Positions 35,594 through 48,066 of a stretch of 64,000 nt of DNA are shown in pieces. The position numbers and the translations under genes are program-made. The stretch is from contig CM106585.1 in NCBI GenBank assembly GCA_048013815.1, positions 19,902,001 through 19,966,000 of the forward strand. Direction: 5' to 3'. The notes under the pieces were generated by a model that saw nothing but the letters and a program-made list of their open reading frames with translations, made no database searches and was not told the DNA's origin. This DNA comes from Setoptus koraiensis (taxonomy: Eukaryota > Animalia > Arthropoda). Each line of letters starts with the position of its first letter. Positions within the stretch are counted from its first letter, which is position 1.

Positions 35594-37419
35594 GCTCATT
35601 GCGGGCAATAAACCGACGCACAATGGGCGCCAGCGAAAGCAAAAAACTCACAGGTCAGCCTCCGATGCGAGCTTTCGGACAGATTTTTCGGACAATTGCG
35701 ACTCGCAGCAACCCTTTGAGTGGGAATCACGACCGAGGGGGGCTCGCGTCCGGCGCAGCGCTCGCTCCGACGGGCAAAAAAAAGCAGAGAGTGGCAAACT
35801 AATGAGTCGCGCTCAGCTAATTGAAGCCGGCCGAGACCTAGCTTCAGTCGACAACATCGAGCGACAATTGTTGTTCGGGCGACACGGGCCGAACTGAACT
35901 CGTTTGCACACAAATGCAGCGGTTTTATTTGGGGCCGAGTTTTTTAGCCGAAATAATAAATAATTGCAAGTGGCGAAGCGTTTGCAGCGGGCACGACCAG
36001 TGGTCATATAACTCTCACTCTCGCGTTGTCTGATTCAATTTATAATGAGCACCTGAGCACCCGATTGTCGGGCGCTAATTGGCATCGGCGGCCGGCTGCG
36101 GGCTTGCTCTTTGCAATTGGCTGCTCGGGTCGGTTACAAGCGGGCGGCCGGTGTGACCGGTTAATGCTGTTTGCGCAGTAAACACTTTACCGGTGTCAAT
36201 GGCGCTAATGAAGCGCCCCGGTCAGCAACAGGCGCGCCGCTTTGACACGGGCCGCTGACGGTCATTTAACGTTGACGCGAGCATTATCGTCCCAACGGGC
36301 GCTGTTGAGTGCCGCTCGGACTGCCGGCCCGATTGTGCGCCAATTACGCGCGGCTGTGCGGCCCCGTTAGGGCCAAGTCGTGCGCGTTGCATTGGTACCC
36401 GATGGCACCCGATGGCTCCCGATCGGCACCCGATTGGCACAGGTAGCTTTCGGGCCAGTCTGGTGGTGCCAATAATAATATAACCAATGATATGCAAGAT
36501 GCAAACCAACGACGGCCAGCAAAACACGGCCACGACAACTGCCCATAATAATAAACAATGACCAGTGGTCATCGACGCTCATCGACGAGCGGTCGAGAGC
36601 GAGTGGCGAGGTTGTTGACCGCTGGTGCTCGCTTCGGGCCGTTTCCTCTTATCGCCAGCGGCTCCTAGGTTATTTTTTACTTTCTATCACCTTGTGTTGT
36701 TACACATTATGCCACAACCAAACTGACCAATGCCCGACACAGCGCGATAGCGGTGCAAATCTGTTTTATTCAAACTTGTTTTTATTGCAACAGAGATTTC
36801 GACTGGCGCTCTCGTGGTCGAACGGTGCCGTATGGCCGACCGGCCGGCACCGTTATCGGCACCGTTGCGCCCCACTATTGGCGGCCAGTTTTGGCCGGCG
36901 GTATTATCGCATGGTTGCACCATGGCGCACCATTTGGCGACAATTCGTGCCGATCGGCATCCCGTGGCCAAAATAGAAGCAACAATGTCAGCCACTGTGT
37001 ACGCGTGCATCGCGGGCGCCCCCGCAATTGCTCGCGCGCCCCCGTCCATTCGACGACGATGATGATGCCCAAGCGAAGATTACGCACGATCGCCGAAAAC
37101 GGCATGAGCAAACAGGATGCGACAACTGACAAATGACGAACTGATCATAACTGGGCATAACTGGACATAATCGAATGCAACCGAACGCAGCCGAACGTAT
37201 AAGTGAACCGGTCAAATCGCACGACACAATCGCGGCAAACTGTTACTCTTGCGCCACGATTTCCAACACCCACACACCGCTGCTCAATGCGGCCACATCT
37301 GACACAACCGATGCCTCAAGTCGGCCGAGTTATTTCGAGCGGTCCCACTTCCTCCCGGTCGTCGGGCCGAACGGGCCCCACTGCGCCGCCTATCGCGAGT
37401 GACTGCGGGCCATTTTCGC

Positions 37420-37542
37420 TCATTTCGGCCCGTTTCGAAAGCATTTCGGTGCGTTTCGGACGCATTTTCGGGCGCATTTCGGCGCATTTCGAACGCATTT
37501 CGGGCGCATTTTCGGGCGCATTTCGGACGCATTTTGGAGCGC
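37420..37542. repeat. 10-12-bp degenerate tandem repeat (CGCATTT(T)CGG)
   Basis: About ten degenerate units. Confidence 0.85.
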
Positions 37543-40500
37543 ATCTCCGAGCAGACTCGGCGGCGATCACTTCGGAGTGCCCATTGTGCCGGCGCCGATG
37601 CCCCCGAACAACGACTTCGGGTCGGCGACCTGACTTGGCAGCTCGAACTGACTCAGTGTCGACACGAGCTTGTTTCTCATGGCGTCGCGTCGTCATGCCA
37701 TCGTCACTATCACTAAACTCGTCCATGCATCCATTGACACTGATAAAGTATCACGAACGAGAAAAACTTGCCAGCTCAATTGTCCAGCTAATACTTTTCT
37801 CTGCCGACCATCCCGATGAACTCGGCCGATGCTCGCTAATTCAGCAGCGACAGCAACAGCAGCAACAACAACAACAACGACAACGAAAACAACATGGCGC
37901 TGTGACAGACCAGTGCTATTACGTAAGAGTGGCCACCACCTCCGAAGTGTGTGTGCGTGTGTGTGTGTGTGTGTGTAGAAACCGGTTTTTGCTCATTGTT
38001 GTCTGTGTATCTGACAACACCAAACACTATCTGTCCGGCGCTTGTTTGCGCCTGTCCACTCGTTATGAGCTGGCCTGACTGACACAACATTGCAGAAAAT
38101 TGTTGGGCAGTTTTGTTTGCATTATTTCATATCGCCACCATTTTATTTCCATTTCGAAGCGCCGGCGCGTTCCACGTTGCGCTCGCTTCGCGGCGCACAA
38201 TTCGCGCTCAACAAGCGAATTGTGCCGCCTGCTTACAATCGGCGCTTCCGGCCGCCAGTGTGCGCCTAATGGGCCACTGAGCCGCCCCTCCGCCCGTCGA
38301 TGGTCAGCGTGCGTCTCGTCCTTGAGCAGCGTGGCGAACAATTCGATGCGCGACCTCGCCACTCGGGACGAGTTCACGTTCGAATTCGCGTCGGCGGTTC
38401 GCGTTCGAACTTCGAACGCTCGGCGCGTCATTCGATTCTTCGGGCTTCGGGCTTCGAATTTCGAGCCTCGAGTCTGCGCTTCAAAGTTCGAACTCGCGAA
38501 CTATCCGAGATCGTGGCCAGATGCGCATCGAGACTCGGATTGGCGGTCCGCGAATGTACGATTTCCGCCGATTTTTGCCGATTCGCGCCGATTTTTGCCG
38601 ATTTCCGCGCATAATTGGCGTAGCTCGGAACACCGCGTCCGGCCACCGTGCGAGTCCGACCACTGGACGGCGCCGGAGTTTGCACTTCGAACGCTCTGCT
38701 CGTATTTCGCACACTTTGTTTGTATTGCGAAGGGCGATTTTCGATTTCGGAGCGATTGTGCAATTGCTGCGACGGCCAGCGTGGTCGCAGGCTAACAAAC
38801 GCACACAGCGAAACATTGTGACGAGAGCCGGCCAACAGTGAGCGATAGTGAAAGTTGCTTGCTTGCGCAACCTGCGCTCACCTGTTGCCCGCACTAATAG
38901 TGATGCTGCTGTTGCCCGCACTAATAGTGATGCTGCTGTTGCCGCGATTGTGCAAACTTGTCCGATTGCCAGCACGCTGGTTCGCTGGCAAACAGGACAA
39001 ACACAATAGTCGGTTGTTACGTAACAAGCCGGCGCAGTAGCAGCAGCAGCAGCATGTTGCACTAAAGAGTAAAAAGCGAGCGAACCCTGCGAGGACAACG
39101 AACTTGACCTGAGCGCGGCTCGGTGCGGCGCTTCGCTTGCCCGCGAGTCGGGCGAGCCGGCTCTCGCTTGGGCGGCACGGTGCATGGAATGGCTTCGGCG
39201 TGGTGCATGGAATGGCTTCGCAATGGCGCGCCGAGTGGCTTCGCAAGGTGCCAGTTGGGACAGGCGCCGAAACGAGAGGACGTTTGGCCGGAAAATCTGG
39301 TCGTTGTCGCTTCGCGCATCGGCCAACCCGGGATGCAGTGAGCAACCGATGCAGTGAGCAACCGACAAAGTGGGCAACCGACGGAGTGGGCAACTGATAG
39401 AGTTGCTCACTCTCGCTCGCGAGATCGGGGAGCCGGCAGCAGGCGAGTTGAACAGGTGAAGTCGGCGGAGTTCAAGTTCAGCCAAGACAAGACAATTTGT
39501 TGCAGTGGCTGCGAGTTGTTGTTGTTGTTGCATGATTTCGCATGTCGGAACAGGTAATGGGATGCTGCCGGCGCATTACTATGGCGCGGTAATATGGCCG
39601 CCGCCGCCACACAACGAACAATCCAAACACTTTCTCCAGCAGCAACCAGTTGATTCGAGAGCAGCCCGTCGCTGCTGTTGAGCCGTCGGACAGGTGAACT
39701 CAGGCGCTCAGGTGAACTCTCTCACATTTAGTCTCGTAGGCTGGCTGCATATTGTGCTGCTGCAGCCATTAGACTTTAGAGAAATTGTGTTTATTATTGT
39801 GGGCACGCTGCCTGCGAGCTAGTCGGCGCCGTGTTGTGTCGTCACCGCGGCACTTGTGCACACGAAAACGACCATCATTTGCTTACGTCATCACAAACAC
39901 ACACACACACACAATCGCAACTTTCGCACCAACTCTCGCTGGCCGCCTCACCTGAGCTCACCTGGTCAGTTGCCAATTCTTCAGTGTTCAGAGTTGTCTG
40001 TTGTGCGACTTGTTAATCACACAAGGCGCTCGCGATAAAACTCGCAAAGAATGCTGCTCCGGCTGCCGCCGGCCGCCGACGATGAAAGTGACGCCACCAG
40101 CGCAATTAGAGGGCGCTTGCCGGCCGGCGCGGTCAAGCTGCCGGCCGGGGTCAGTGCTCGATCGGCTTGACTAGCCGTGGCCGGCGATACTGTGGCCATA
40201 CCGTGGCCATACCGTGGCGATACATCAATAGTAACCAATAATGTCGCAGCCATGGGCGAACCGACCGGCGGCCGGCGCCGATCTGGCGGCCGAGGCCGGT
40301 CGCCGGAGCTCGGTTTTGCCCGTCGAGCCCGCTCAATGTCACTCGCGGGCTGAAAACGAAAGCTGCGCGGCTCGGGCTCGACGACCCGGCGCGAGAGTCC
40401 GCGCTGCTGGCGGCGACAGCGAAACAGCCGCCAACGCGGGCAGCCGCGGACGTTTGTTTGCCGGCCGAACAGGGCTCGCTCGCCGGCGTCGTGTGACGGC

Positions 40501-41729
40501 GCTGGCCAGTGGTCAGTGAACTCGCGCGACCCGCCGAGCAGTACGCGCCCGAGAGCCGCCCGAGAGCGTTTGCATAATTACGGCGCCACTGGGAGACTTT
40601 CGCGGCTCAGCTTTCGCTGCCCCCGAACTGGCCGCTCTCGCTGAAGTGGCCGCTCTGGGCGCTGTTGTCGGGCGCGGAGGCAGTCGAGATTGGCGAAGAG
40701 CGCCGAATAGCGCTGAATAGTGCCGAGGAACGCCGAGGAACGCGAACGAGATTGTTCTCGCGGCGCTGCCGGCGCGTTCGCGACTGCGACTTGACCGAAC
40801 CCAAATTGCGAAAAAGGGCGAGCAGAAATAGGCGAGAACAGACGCGAGAGAGCGCACACAAGAGGAGCAACATGAGACAACAGACCGAAGCGAAGAACAG
40901 AAGCGAAGAATCCGAGATGCCGAAGAAGCGAAGATTCGGAGCGGCCGAAGAGGCGAAACCGAAAGTTGACTCTGAACCGCACAAGCCAGTTGCGAGTCGC
41001 TGGTTGCGTGGGCGTTTGCGCGGCCGGCCAACGCTAACGAGCTACAGGTAAGCGCCAGCACTCACTGCATATCTGGCGTTTATCGGCACAATGGCGCTGA
41101 CAACGTGCCACCAGTGGCATATGCTAATGCGTTTGCGCGTGCTGCGACGTGCACTTTTTTGTTTGTGCGTCCACTGCACAACAATGTTTGCTTCGTCAAT
41201 GTGTGTGCGTGTGATCCAAATAACGGTCAGTAAACCCATTTATTGGCTGGGGCCGAGCAGTGGCAGTCGAGTTCTTATGGCTTCTTGCGGGCCAAATGCT
41301 GGCGGCCGTGGCTTGTCGCCGACAACGCGGGCTCGGCTATAAAGTTTATAGTGCAATTTCGCGAGTCACTTTCTTGTGATCGCTTCGAGCGCACCGATGG
41401 AACCGGTCGAACCCATGGAGCCGGCCGAATCGATGGAACCGATCGAACCGATCGAATCGATAGAACTGATCGAGTCGACCGAACGCCGCGAACGCTTCCA
41501 ACGACTCGGACGAATAATTGGAATTGCTGCGTGCTCACACGAGCGCGGCGCAGGAAGAGAGAGAGAGAGCGCCGAGGAGCTAGAGGTCAACGAACTGGCT
41601 GGTTGTTCGCGGGCACGCACTAAATCGCGTGCTGTTCGTGCGAGAGCGCCTTTTGTGCGAGTGGCGTTGTTGCGCACTACAGGCTGTAGTGCTGTAGTCT
41701 ACAGCAGCACCGTTGCAGTTTCTTCGGTT

Positions 41730-41888
41730 TCTGGCCCCCTTCTTGTGCCGACTTTCGTCCTCTCTGGCCCCCTTCTTGTGCCTTCTTTCGTCTTCTCTCG
41801 CCCCCTTCTTGTGCCGACTTTCGTCCTCTCTCGCCCCCTTCTTGTGCCTTCTTTCGTCTTCTCTCGCTCCCCCCCGCTTCTTGTGCCT
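41730..41888. repeat. 33-bp pyrimidine-rich minisatellite x4.5 with alternating A/B variants
   Basis: Units at 41739, 41772, 41805, 41838 alternate ..gccgactttcgtcc.. and ..gccttctttcgtct.. Confidence 0.9.
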
Positions 41889-42182
41889 GCTTGTGGCACA
41901 AGAAGGGCGAACGAAGACTCTCATTCTTTCGGGTTCTTCGCTGATCCCGTGCGCTCCTCTTGGGCCGATCCCTTCTTTCGCATCGCCCGCATCTCGGCTA
42001 CTGAACGATGTTGCTGTGGCTGTGCCCATTGAGCCATTGAGCTGCCGTATGGGTCTCATGCTCGGCGTGCGATACTGTCCGCCGATAGGTAGCCGCCGAT
42101 CAGCTGACCGTGATCACCATCGACGATGATGACAGGCTGCCCAAGATGATCAGCTGTCAATCGCTAGATGTCACAACGGTTG

Positions 42183-42428
42183 TTACAACGCTCGCCCGCT
42201 TGGCCACCTTTGCTGACCCAGTTGGGTCATTGAACCATCAATGACGAGCTTGCAGCGCCCCTTGGGGCCAGCACAGGTATCTCGTCTGGTCAGCGGCATG
42301 CGGGGCTTCTTCGGGCCCGAGTGGCCGTCGCATGTGGGGCCCCCGGTGAACATGAACTTGAATATGATATTGGCTCGATCATGAATATCGCAGTTGAATT
42401 TTTCGTTTTGTGCACGCTCTTGTGACAC
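42183..42428 (-). CDS. Unidentified coding-like segment (candidate exon or small ORF): ..DRANIIFKFMFTGGPTCDGHSGPKKPRMPLTRRDTCAGPKGRCKLVIDGSMTQLGQQR
   Basis: Non-repetitive open frame with strong C/G third-position bias; boundaries and identity not established. Confidence 0.4.
   Translation of the reverse strand: MSQERAQNEKFNCDIHDRANIIFKFMFTGGPTCDGHSGPKKPRMPLTRRDTCAGPKGRCKLVIDGSMTQLGQQRWPSGRAL
42214..42236. promoter_or_regulatory. Composite nuclear-receptor element TGACCC-AGTT-GGGTCA-T-TGAACC (IR1, EcRE-type, plus an everted half-site)
   Basis: Exact match to RG(G/T)TCA-N-TGA(C/A)CY at 42224-42236; function untested. Confidence 0.45.
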
Positions 42429-45419
42429 TTTGCGTCACTGGTCAGTTGCTTGTCACTGCATGACGCACTCGTTGTTGCATAACGTGCAAACACGCGCACA
42501 ACAGTGACAAGCGGCAACAGTGACAAGCGGCAACAGTTACAACGGACGATCAATCAATCGCAGTAGCGGCAGCACCACGTGTTGCATATTTGCAACATTG
42601 TATTGTAGCGCGATGGACATTTCATCATCAACTAGCAGCGATTGCATCATTTATTTATATAATCATAATATCGTTATGTTGTATAATGTTATCCAAATTG
42701 ACAGTCATCGGCGAGTGGCATGTTTACACTGGCTGCTGTTTCACAATCTGCGCAACAATCTGCAACAAAGTATATTAAATCGGATCACGTTTGCCGAAGC
42801 GATATTTTCGAGCATGCATTATGTAAGACTTATATCATACTCTATTTTACTTTTTTTTATATTAAGTTATATGCTGAGAATAATAGAATTTAACATAATA
42901 ATATCATCATGTTGAAAAATGAAATGTTGCCCGAAACGAAACGCAGTTTTCAAATATGAGACGGCGAAGCCAGGCAACTGTCGCCAATTGTATCTGGCGG
43001 CATCGGTGCAAGGTAACGAGAGCACTTGAACTCGACGAGAAGCCCAATCCATCCATCATGTTATGTTGTGCAACATCATTATTGTCCATGGGTAACTTTG
43101 CAGTTTGCAACAATTATCATCGTTCACGATAATCATTCATGACAATCATTTATGATGATCGAGATGATATCGCAAGACATGTGCGCTCTTGTGATCATCT
43201 TTGAATGATCTGAATGATAAAATTGACCTTTGAATGGTGATCGCTGGCATCGACTGGCATTTGGGCCCCATCTGACCATTGAGAGGCCATTCGGAGGGGC
43301 CCAAATGGCAGCGTTTGTAACATTTGTCATCGCGCTCGTGGCGCCACCACTTACGGCTGACCGTTCGCGGCAGCTCGCTCTTTGCTGAGGAGTCTTTGGC
43401 GCTTATTTTCTAAGCTCTATTTTCTAAGACTGGAATTATTCAGTCACATTTGATCGGGCGAGCCCCACTTAATCGCTCAACCAATTAGCTTGCTCGTGAT
43501 TAAATCGCTTAATCAATTAACTCGACTGTGATTATATCATTGAATTAATAAACTCGCTTGTGATTAGATAATTGAATCAATTAACTCGCTTGTGTTTGAA
43601 TCGGCCAATCAGGGGAGCCAATTTCAATGGAGGAGCCTCTATGGAGAGGACGAGATCGCCTCGGATTGTAACTGCGGCGGCTCGGTGACATTTCGTCACA
43701 GTTACCGACAAGTTGCGAGTGGACAAGCGCGACAAGCGAAAGTTGGCCAGACGAGGTCACGGTCAATGTCATCGGTTACTTTCTCTCGTGCGATTGATTG
43801 CGATTGTTAATTGTGATTAATTGAGTGACATGCTTATTAACAAACTTTCTGATGACTTTCTCTCTCGTTTGTCTGTTGGCCATTGTTGCAATTAGCCAAT
43901 GTTTGCGCATTGAATCAACACATGACAAACAACAAACAAATGGTGACGCGAAACACGTAGGCAGCGATATCTATAATATATACAAATATAAATTGCAACA
44001 ATATTGTTGTATCATGCTACTCATATATCTATACATATAACTGATCAAATATGGTCGTATAGATATGATTGTATCTTGCAAACAGCAATCGTCCAATTGC
44101 CAATCAACAAGTGCCAATGTTTATTTATATATTGTTTGTGTCCAATTGACTGCTGCTGCTGCCGCCGAACAATTAGTCACAACGATTATTTACTGCGATT
44201 AGACGTCTCGAGATTATTATCTGGTCGAAGCGTCAACATTTTCACACATCGATGCACGATTTACAGATTGCGCTTGCAGATTCAATTGTGCTCATTTGCA
44301 TTCGACGCTCATTGTGTCCGATTGTGTATGAAACGGCCAGGTCACGTAGATAGATTTTGGTCGAGTATTAATTAACCAAATCAATTCTAAACTAAACAAA
44401 CTACGTTTGCATGTTTGGCCGTCGCCGTCGCTGTCGCTGTGACGAAACGAGAAACAGACAGAGCAGATTTGTTCAATGAGCGAAATGAAATTGCTTCTCC
44501 ACTTTGTCGGGCACCGGTCAACGAGTTAATTGGCTCACTTTCATTGGGTTTGCATTGACAAAGTGGCACTTGTTTTTATCGGTGCCACTGGTCGCCAACG
44601 GTGTTAATTGGCCGCCGACACTGGACACTGTGTGCTGTTGATTGTGATTCTGATTGTGGCCACTTACTTGCAATTAACAACATTTATTCGGACCACCAGC
44701 GCGCTGCGTTTTCTGTTTGCGACCATAGTTGTCGACCCGAAAAACACACCAAACTCACTATTCGCCAGAAAACCTTGACAAGACAAAAGCCGAATATCTC
44801 CCGTTTGGCCCGCAACCCGATTGCCCCGAAACAAGACGAACAGACTGTATCTGGCTGGTCGTCACCTAGGTGCCAGTTGGACAGCACGTCGTTGTAAATT
44901 GTCAAATTGTCACAAATTGTGCACAGATTTTCAGTTGTGCACTCTCACAACTTGTCAGTGGGCAGCGGACAGTGTTTGTTTTACAGCCAGTCATTTGGCG
45001 CCTGCGCCCCGAACAAATAACCAGCCATCCGGAACTTGCTCACCTGTGCGCCGCGTTTTTTAGAAAAAAAAACGCGTTTTATAGAAAAAAAAACGCGTTT
45101 TATGGAAAAAAAAAATTGCGCCCCCTCCAATTCGACACCGGCTCGTTTGACAGCAAAGTGACAGCAGTGACGGCCGATCGAAGCCACAGTGACACCGGTT
45201 ACCTGTTGCGCCCGAGCGGCCCAAATTGGTTTTTTGGCAGCGATTCGCCGGTTTCGGGTTGACAATTTGCTGTTTTCGCTTTTTTATTGCCTGCCTGTTT
45301 GTTGTTGGGCGCGCTCATTTTTTAGCGCCGACGCCGCTTCTATTCCATTTATTGGTCGCGATCTATTTTTGGCCGAATGCACCGAGTGGGCGCGCTGCCA
45401 ATTTGCAATCTGATCCGGA

Positions 45420-45494
45420 CTGATGATTCGGCAATTGATCCGAACTGAAGATTCGGCAATTGGTCTGGACTGAGGATTCGGCAATTGATCGGAT
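45420..45494. repeat. 25-bp minisatellite x3
   Basis: ctga.gattcggcaattg.tc.g.. units. Confidence 0.85.
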
Positions 45495-45946
45495 TTGACA
45501 ATTGATCCAATATCCAACCAATTTGGCAATCGATCCAATTAAGCGGGCCGCAACCGCGGCACGGGTCGGGCCAAACGGGTTAGCGGTCGCACAATTGTGA
45601 CACTGGTGGAGCACTCGTAATTTAACCGTTCGCAAATAGGCGCAACTGGAGCGGAGGTGCGCCCATTCGCAGCCTATTTTTAGCCCGTTTTCGTGCGCCA
45701 GTTGAACGTTTTTCGGGCCCGATTTGGACCAATTTTCGTGCTAAAAAAGTTGAAAAGTCAAAAAACGGGCCTGAGCAAACACGAGGCCTCTGTCTCCTTT
45801 TGATCAGTTCAATCCAGCTCGCCGTCGGACTCGATCCGACGGATCGTGTCAGCTGACCGTTGCGATTACTGCAACGGGACAGATGACAACTGGCTGCAAA
45901 ATGCTCGCACAATACTTTCGCTGCGGGGTCGCGAACGGCCAGCGTT

Positions 45947-46062
45947 CCGAAATGCTTCGAAATGCTCCGAAATGCACCGAAATGCACCGAAATGCACCGA
46001 AATGCACCGAAATGCTCCGAAATGTTCCGAAATGTTCCGAAATGGCCCGAAATGCACCGAAG
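45947..46062. repeat. 10-bp tandem repeat (CCGAAATGCA) x11
   Basis: Eleven units read directly. Confidence 0.95.
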
Positions 46063-46473
46063 CTGGCGCGAGTCGGCCGATTTCGGTCAAATTTGCCGTC
46101 AAAATGGCATGTTTTGCCGGTGCATGGCGGCGTATTGGCGCTGCATTGGATCGGATTGGCGAGTGGGCAAACATGACCGAAACGAGCCTCGGACCGTAAT
46201 CCAAAGCAAACACTTCGCGCCGGCCGGTGCTTGTCGGGTTAAGTGGCCATTGTGTGGCCGCTGTGGCCGAGGTGTCTGGCGAGCACGGTGCAACCAATCA
46301 ATCAGTGCTCATTATTGTCGCCATTTCGGCCCAATCGTTTGCCATGCGAAGCCAATAATAGAAGATGCCAACAGAGACAACCTAATGAATGTCGCCACTC
46401 AGCGCCGAAAACTGGTTTCGGTCAATGTGCTCCAATTGTCAATTGATCCAATTGTCGATTGATCCAATTGCAA

Positions 46474-46562
46474 CGCGGCCAGCCGACACTGGTGGATACA
46501 AGATATCGTCGACACTGGTGGACACAAGATATCGGCGACAATGATGGATGCAGGGTATCGCC
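46474..46562. repeat. 26-bp degenerate minisatellite x3
   Basis: cgacactggtgga.acaagatatcg. units. Confidence 0.8.
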
Positions 46563-47242
46563 GAGCTGCGCCGATCCATCATTTCCAGTTCCATTTTTTC
46601 GCATTTATTCGCGTTTGTCGCCCCCGAGTTGTTGCCGAAATCCGTTGCCGAAAACGGCCGACCAAAAGGTGACAGCCAGCGAAAGTCGATCTCCGTTTAA
46701 CCGTAAACGATGCGGATTCCCGCGAACGATGCGGATTCCCGTAGACGGAGCAGATTCCCGAAAATGGTTAATCCTTTGCGGGCTCTTGCAGCGACGCGAC
46801 TCGGCATTGGATGGGGGCGGAAAGAGCCTCGATTCAGCCGGTCGCACCCTTTTATGTCGATCGGGGCGCACACTTTCGCCTGGCGTCGGACAACTGCGGA
46901 CTTTCGGACGACTTCGGGCAGTGCATGCGGGTACCGGCTGTGTCTGCGTGGCGCGTAGTGCGTGTCGGGCCGGATAATGATGAGCGGAGATAATGTAATA
47001 GAAAGTATCGGTTGTTCGCTCGTTCGGTCATTGTTCGGGTCGGCTTCGAATCGGACGGTTTCCGTGCCATTGTCTTTTGGTGCTCTCTTGCGCCGATTCG
47101 GCGCACAGTGGCCAGTAGATAGTGGCCAGCAACACCTGAGAGGGGGCAGCTGAATCGGGAGATAGCGACGCATCGATCAATCGATCGATTGTTTCGCCCA
47201 CGCTGACAACTCGCGTTGGACGTGCAACATCGATCGATCGTG

Positions 47243-47305
47243 ACAACAACGACAACAACGACAACAACGACAACAACGACAACAACGACAACAACGACAG
47301 CAGCG
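47243..47305. repeat. (CAACAACGA)n repeat
   Basis: 9-bp unit in tandem. Confidence 0.9.
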
Positions 47306-47999
47306 ACAATGTTGACAATGGCGAAACACGTTGTTTTACATTGATTTAATGGCGACACTTGGCCGGCAGCGAGAGACAGCACGCACAGCGCAGCACTGCA
47401 CTGCAGCCAGCGTTGCAGCATTTGAGTGACCGGAAGTGAGCGGCATTGAGCGGGCGCTCGAGTGTCGCTGGCGTCTTAGCAACTGTCGCAATTGTCCGCT
47501 GGCGGTCACTGTCGCAATTGTCCGCTGTCGGCCACTGGGGCCGGCACTTTCTTCGCAACTACTGCTCAAACTTGGAAACTTTTGTGCCGATATCGGCCAA
47601 CGGACACAAATCAGCTGATGAGTACAAATTTACGCCAGTGTCACTCTTTGCCGGAACAAGAGCGGCTGCTGTCGCTCGTCTAACGGAGGTTGTTGCACCG
47701 GTAGTTGTGGGTGGCGCGGCGCGCAGCGTGATACAATCGCGCGCTGACCAGTGCAAATTGTTGACCGATGCAAATTGTCGGCCGGCGCAAATTGTTGGCC
47801 GTTGATCGCATGCGATTGTGCGTGATTTTATTTGATTAGATGCGCGCCGGCAGCGCTGGCCAACAACGAGATAACACTAAAATAACACCAGTAATATGAT
47901 AACGCTGCGCCGGTGTCGCCAGCATCACCTAAACCTAAAATAACAATTTCTCTAGCTGTCGCCCCGCGAGCGGCCGGCGAATTTCGGCCGCCAGCACGG

Positions 48000-48066
48000 C
48001 CGAAACTGGCCGAAATCGAGCAAAATCGGCCAAAATCGGCCAAAAACGGGCCGAAATGGGCCGAAA
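48000..48066. repeat. 10-11-bp degenerate repeat (CCRAAATCGG)
   Basis: Six to seven degenerate units. Confidence 0.8.

Noticed and set aside
37203-39533. Long ORFs (291, 231 and 350 aa)
   Set aside because: GC-rich, stop-poor DNA; R/A/S/P-rich low-complexity translations that run through microsatellites and overlap in multiple frames
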